DNA of 32,000 bases from the sequence record CM123845.1. One strand, 5' to 3'. Below are positions 30,678-32,000 of the stretch, one piece after another. Below the pieces are notes generated by a model that was not told the DNA's origin, made no database searches, and was given only the letters and a program-made list of their open reading frames with translations. Both the position numbers and the translations under genes were made by a program. Within the stretch, counting starts at the first letter, position 1. Each line of letters starts with the position of its first letter.

Positions 30678-30751
30678 GAGCGGAGGTAGGACTCGAACCT
30701 ACAATCTTCAGATTATGAGCCTGACGAGACAACCATTTTCTCTTCTCCGCC
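30678..30751 (-). tRNA. trnM: tRNA-Met (anticodon CAU), possibly the initiator
   Basis: Reverse strand with acceptor GGCGGAG/CTCCGCT, anticodon stem TCAGG/TCTGA with loop CTCATAA, and T-arm GTAGG-TTCGAGT-CCTAC. The anticodon and T arms resemble plant-type mitochondrial tRNA-fMet as I recall it, so the initiator call is low confidence. Confidence 0.85.
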
Positions 30752-30757
30752 ATCCTG

Positions 30758-30830
30758 TGGGTATGGGGGGACTTGAACCCACGACCATCAGGTTAAAAGC
30801 CCGGTGCTCTACCAACTGAGCTACATACCC
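30758..30830 (-). tRNA. trnK: tRNA-Lys (anticodon UUU)
   Basis: Reverse strand with acceptor GGGTATG/CATACCC, D-arm GCTC..GAGC, anticodon loop CTTTTAA, and T-loop TTCAAGT. 73 nt. Confidence 0.9.
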
Positions 30831-30897
30831 ATACTCGTGTGTCTATTGACATGGTGTCGACATAGATACACAACCAGGCATGTTTCTAGGGCATTCT

Positions 30898-31251
30898 TTA
30901 GGACCAATCAAGTGCCCCTTTACGCCATTCATAGACAAAGCCCACTGTGAGCACACCAAGGAATACCATCATGGATGTAAAACCAACGCCACCAATTTCT
31001 CCAAGAACCACTGTCCATGGAAAAAGAAATGTGACTTCAAGATCAAAAATAATAAATAAAATGGCCACAAGATAAAATTGAACATCAAATTGACCACGTG
31101 AATCATCAAAGGGATCAAACCCACATTCATATGCGGAAATTTTTTCCGCATCAGGTCGTTGTGTACTAAAAATATAGGATACACCTGCTAACACACTCGC
31201 CAATGCTGTGGCAATGGCAAAATATAGAAAAATACCTAGAAATTCTTGCAT
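30898..31251 (-). CDS. nad3: NADH dehydrogenase subunit 3
   Basis: 117-aa ORF with …ISAYECGFDPFDDSRGQFDVQFYLVAILFIIFDLEVTFLFPW…. Confidence 0.96.
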   Translation of the reverse strand: MQEFLGIFLYFAIATALASVLAGVSYIFSTQRPDAEKISAYECGFDPFDDSRGQFDVQFYLVAILFIIFDLEVTFLFPWTVVLGEIGGVGFTSMMVFLGVLTVGFVYEWRKGALDWS

Positions 31252-31269
31252 ATATAGTTTCTATTTCAT

Positions 31270-31343
31270 CGAGGACAACGGGGCTCGAACCCGCGACCTT
31301 TGGCGTGACAGGCCAATACTCTGACCAACTAAGCTATGTCCTC
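31270..31343 (-). tRNA. trnD: tRNA-Asp (anticodon GUC)
   Basis: Reverse strand with acceptor GAGGACA/TGTCCTC, anticodon stem TTGGC/GCCAA with loop CTGTCAC, and T-arm GCGGG-TTCGAGC-CCCGT. 74 nt. Confidence 0.9.
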
Positions 31344-31448
31344 TGATGTATTCTTACAATAAGAATACATGTGCACGTCTAGATACATAGATACAATACA
31401 TTCATTGACATGTGTATCAATGGACTATTGTACATAGACCATGTGTTT

Positions 31449-32000
31449 TTACTGAACCGTGGTTGTGTTTGATGTATTAGATGTATTATAGGTGAGTAGT
31501 GCATGTTCTACACGGCCTAAAAGTGGAATACATACTAAAAAGTAGATAAAGAAATACACACTTCCTAGTTGTCCTAGGGTAATATAGGGATCTTCTACCG
31601 GTTGTTGTCCCAGCCAACTGAGCATCACAACATCAGCCACTAAAAGCCAGTAGAGACGTTTATAGAGTGGACGAAAGTTGCTGCTACGAATTGGTGAGGT
31701 ATTCATAAATGGTAAAAGAAGGAGTGAAATAAACACCAGAGCAATGGCTGCAACACCACCTAATTTATTGGGAATACTACGTAAAATAGCATAGACCCAT
31801 AAGAAATACCATTCTGGTACAATATGAGCAGGTGTTGACATAGGATTGGCTGGAATATAATTATCGGGATGTCCTAATGTATTTGGGTAAAAATACACAA
31901 AGACAGAAAACACCATGGCAAAAACCACCCATGCTACAAGATCTTTGACATAGAAATAGGGATACAGACTGAGTTTATCCACAGCACTATTTGTACCAAG
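31449..32000 (-). CDS. cob: apocytochrome b (C-terminal ~183 codons; 5' part lies beyond window end)
   Basis: …DKLSLYPYFYVKDLVAW…HIVPEWYFLWVYAILRSIPNKLGGV…. The ORF-track 'M' at 31982 is an internal GTG, and the frame stays open to 32000 (…LGTNSAV-DKL…). Confidence 0.95.
   Translation of the reverse strand, partial: LGTNSAVDKLSLYPYFYVKDLVAWVVFAMVFSVFVYFYPNTLGHPDNYIPANPMSTPAHIVPEWYFLWVYAILRSIPNKLGGVAAIALVFISLLLLPFMNTSPIRSSNFRPLYKRLYWLLVADVVMLSWLGQQPVEDPYITLGQLGSVYFFIYFLVCIPLLGRVEHALLTYNTSNTSNTTTVQ

Overview
This window is a gene-dense stretch of a mitochondrial genome of the gene-rich, bacteria-like type seen in algae and other protists. It uses the standard genetic code. It is not a prokaryotic accessory region. 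I can place 31 standard protein genes: nad1 (partial), atp1, nad4L, nad6, tatC, rps4, rps12, rps7, nad2, rps10, nad7, cox3, cox2, atp8, atp4, nad5, nad4, cox1, rpl10, rps19, rpl16, rps3, atp9, rpl5, rpl6, rps13, rps11, rps14, rps2, nad3 and cob (partial). There are also 17 tRNA genes, rrnS, a 5S rRNA gene that an ORF track cannot show, and rrnL. rrnL is interrupted by one 1,082-nt group I intron carrying a double-motif LAGLIDADG homing-endonuclease ORF. Genes lie in seven alternating-strand blocks with short spacers. Several ORF-track starts are GTG/TTG or run through tRNA genes, and I trimmed these to conserved ATG starts. I see no CRISPR array, defence island or new multi-gene system, and I do not want to overstate that. 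The observations worth a second look are: (1) the intron ORF has no canonical start before its first catalytic motif and it stops inside the 3' exon; (2) a palindromic octamer TCTATAGA recurs just upstream of gene 5' ends in spacers; (3) an exact 20-nt repeat sits at both plus-to-minus convergence points; (4) a divergent mitochondrial rpl10 lies next to a displaced rps19; (5) rrn5, trnM and rrnL are tightly packed in that order; (6) a 20-nt tandem duplication covers the rps12 stop codon; (7) spacers and fast-evolving proteins share a purine/pyrimidine-alternating composition rich in His, Tyr, Met, Cys and Thr. All coordinates come from reading the sequence by eye. RNA gene ends are approximate to a few nucleotides.
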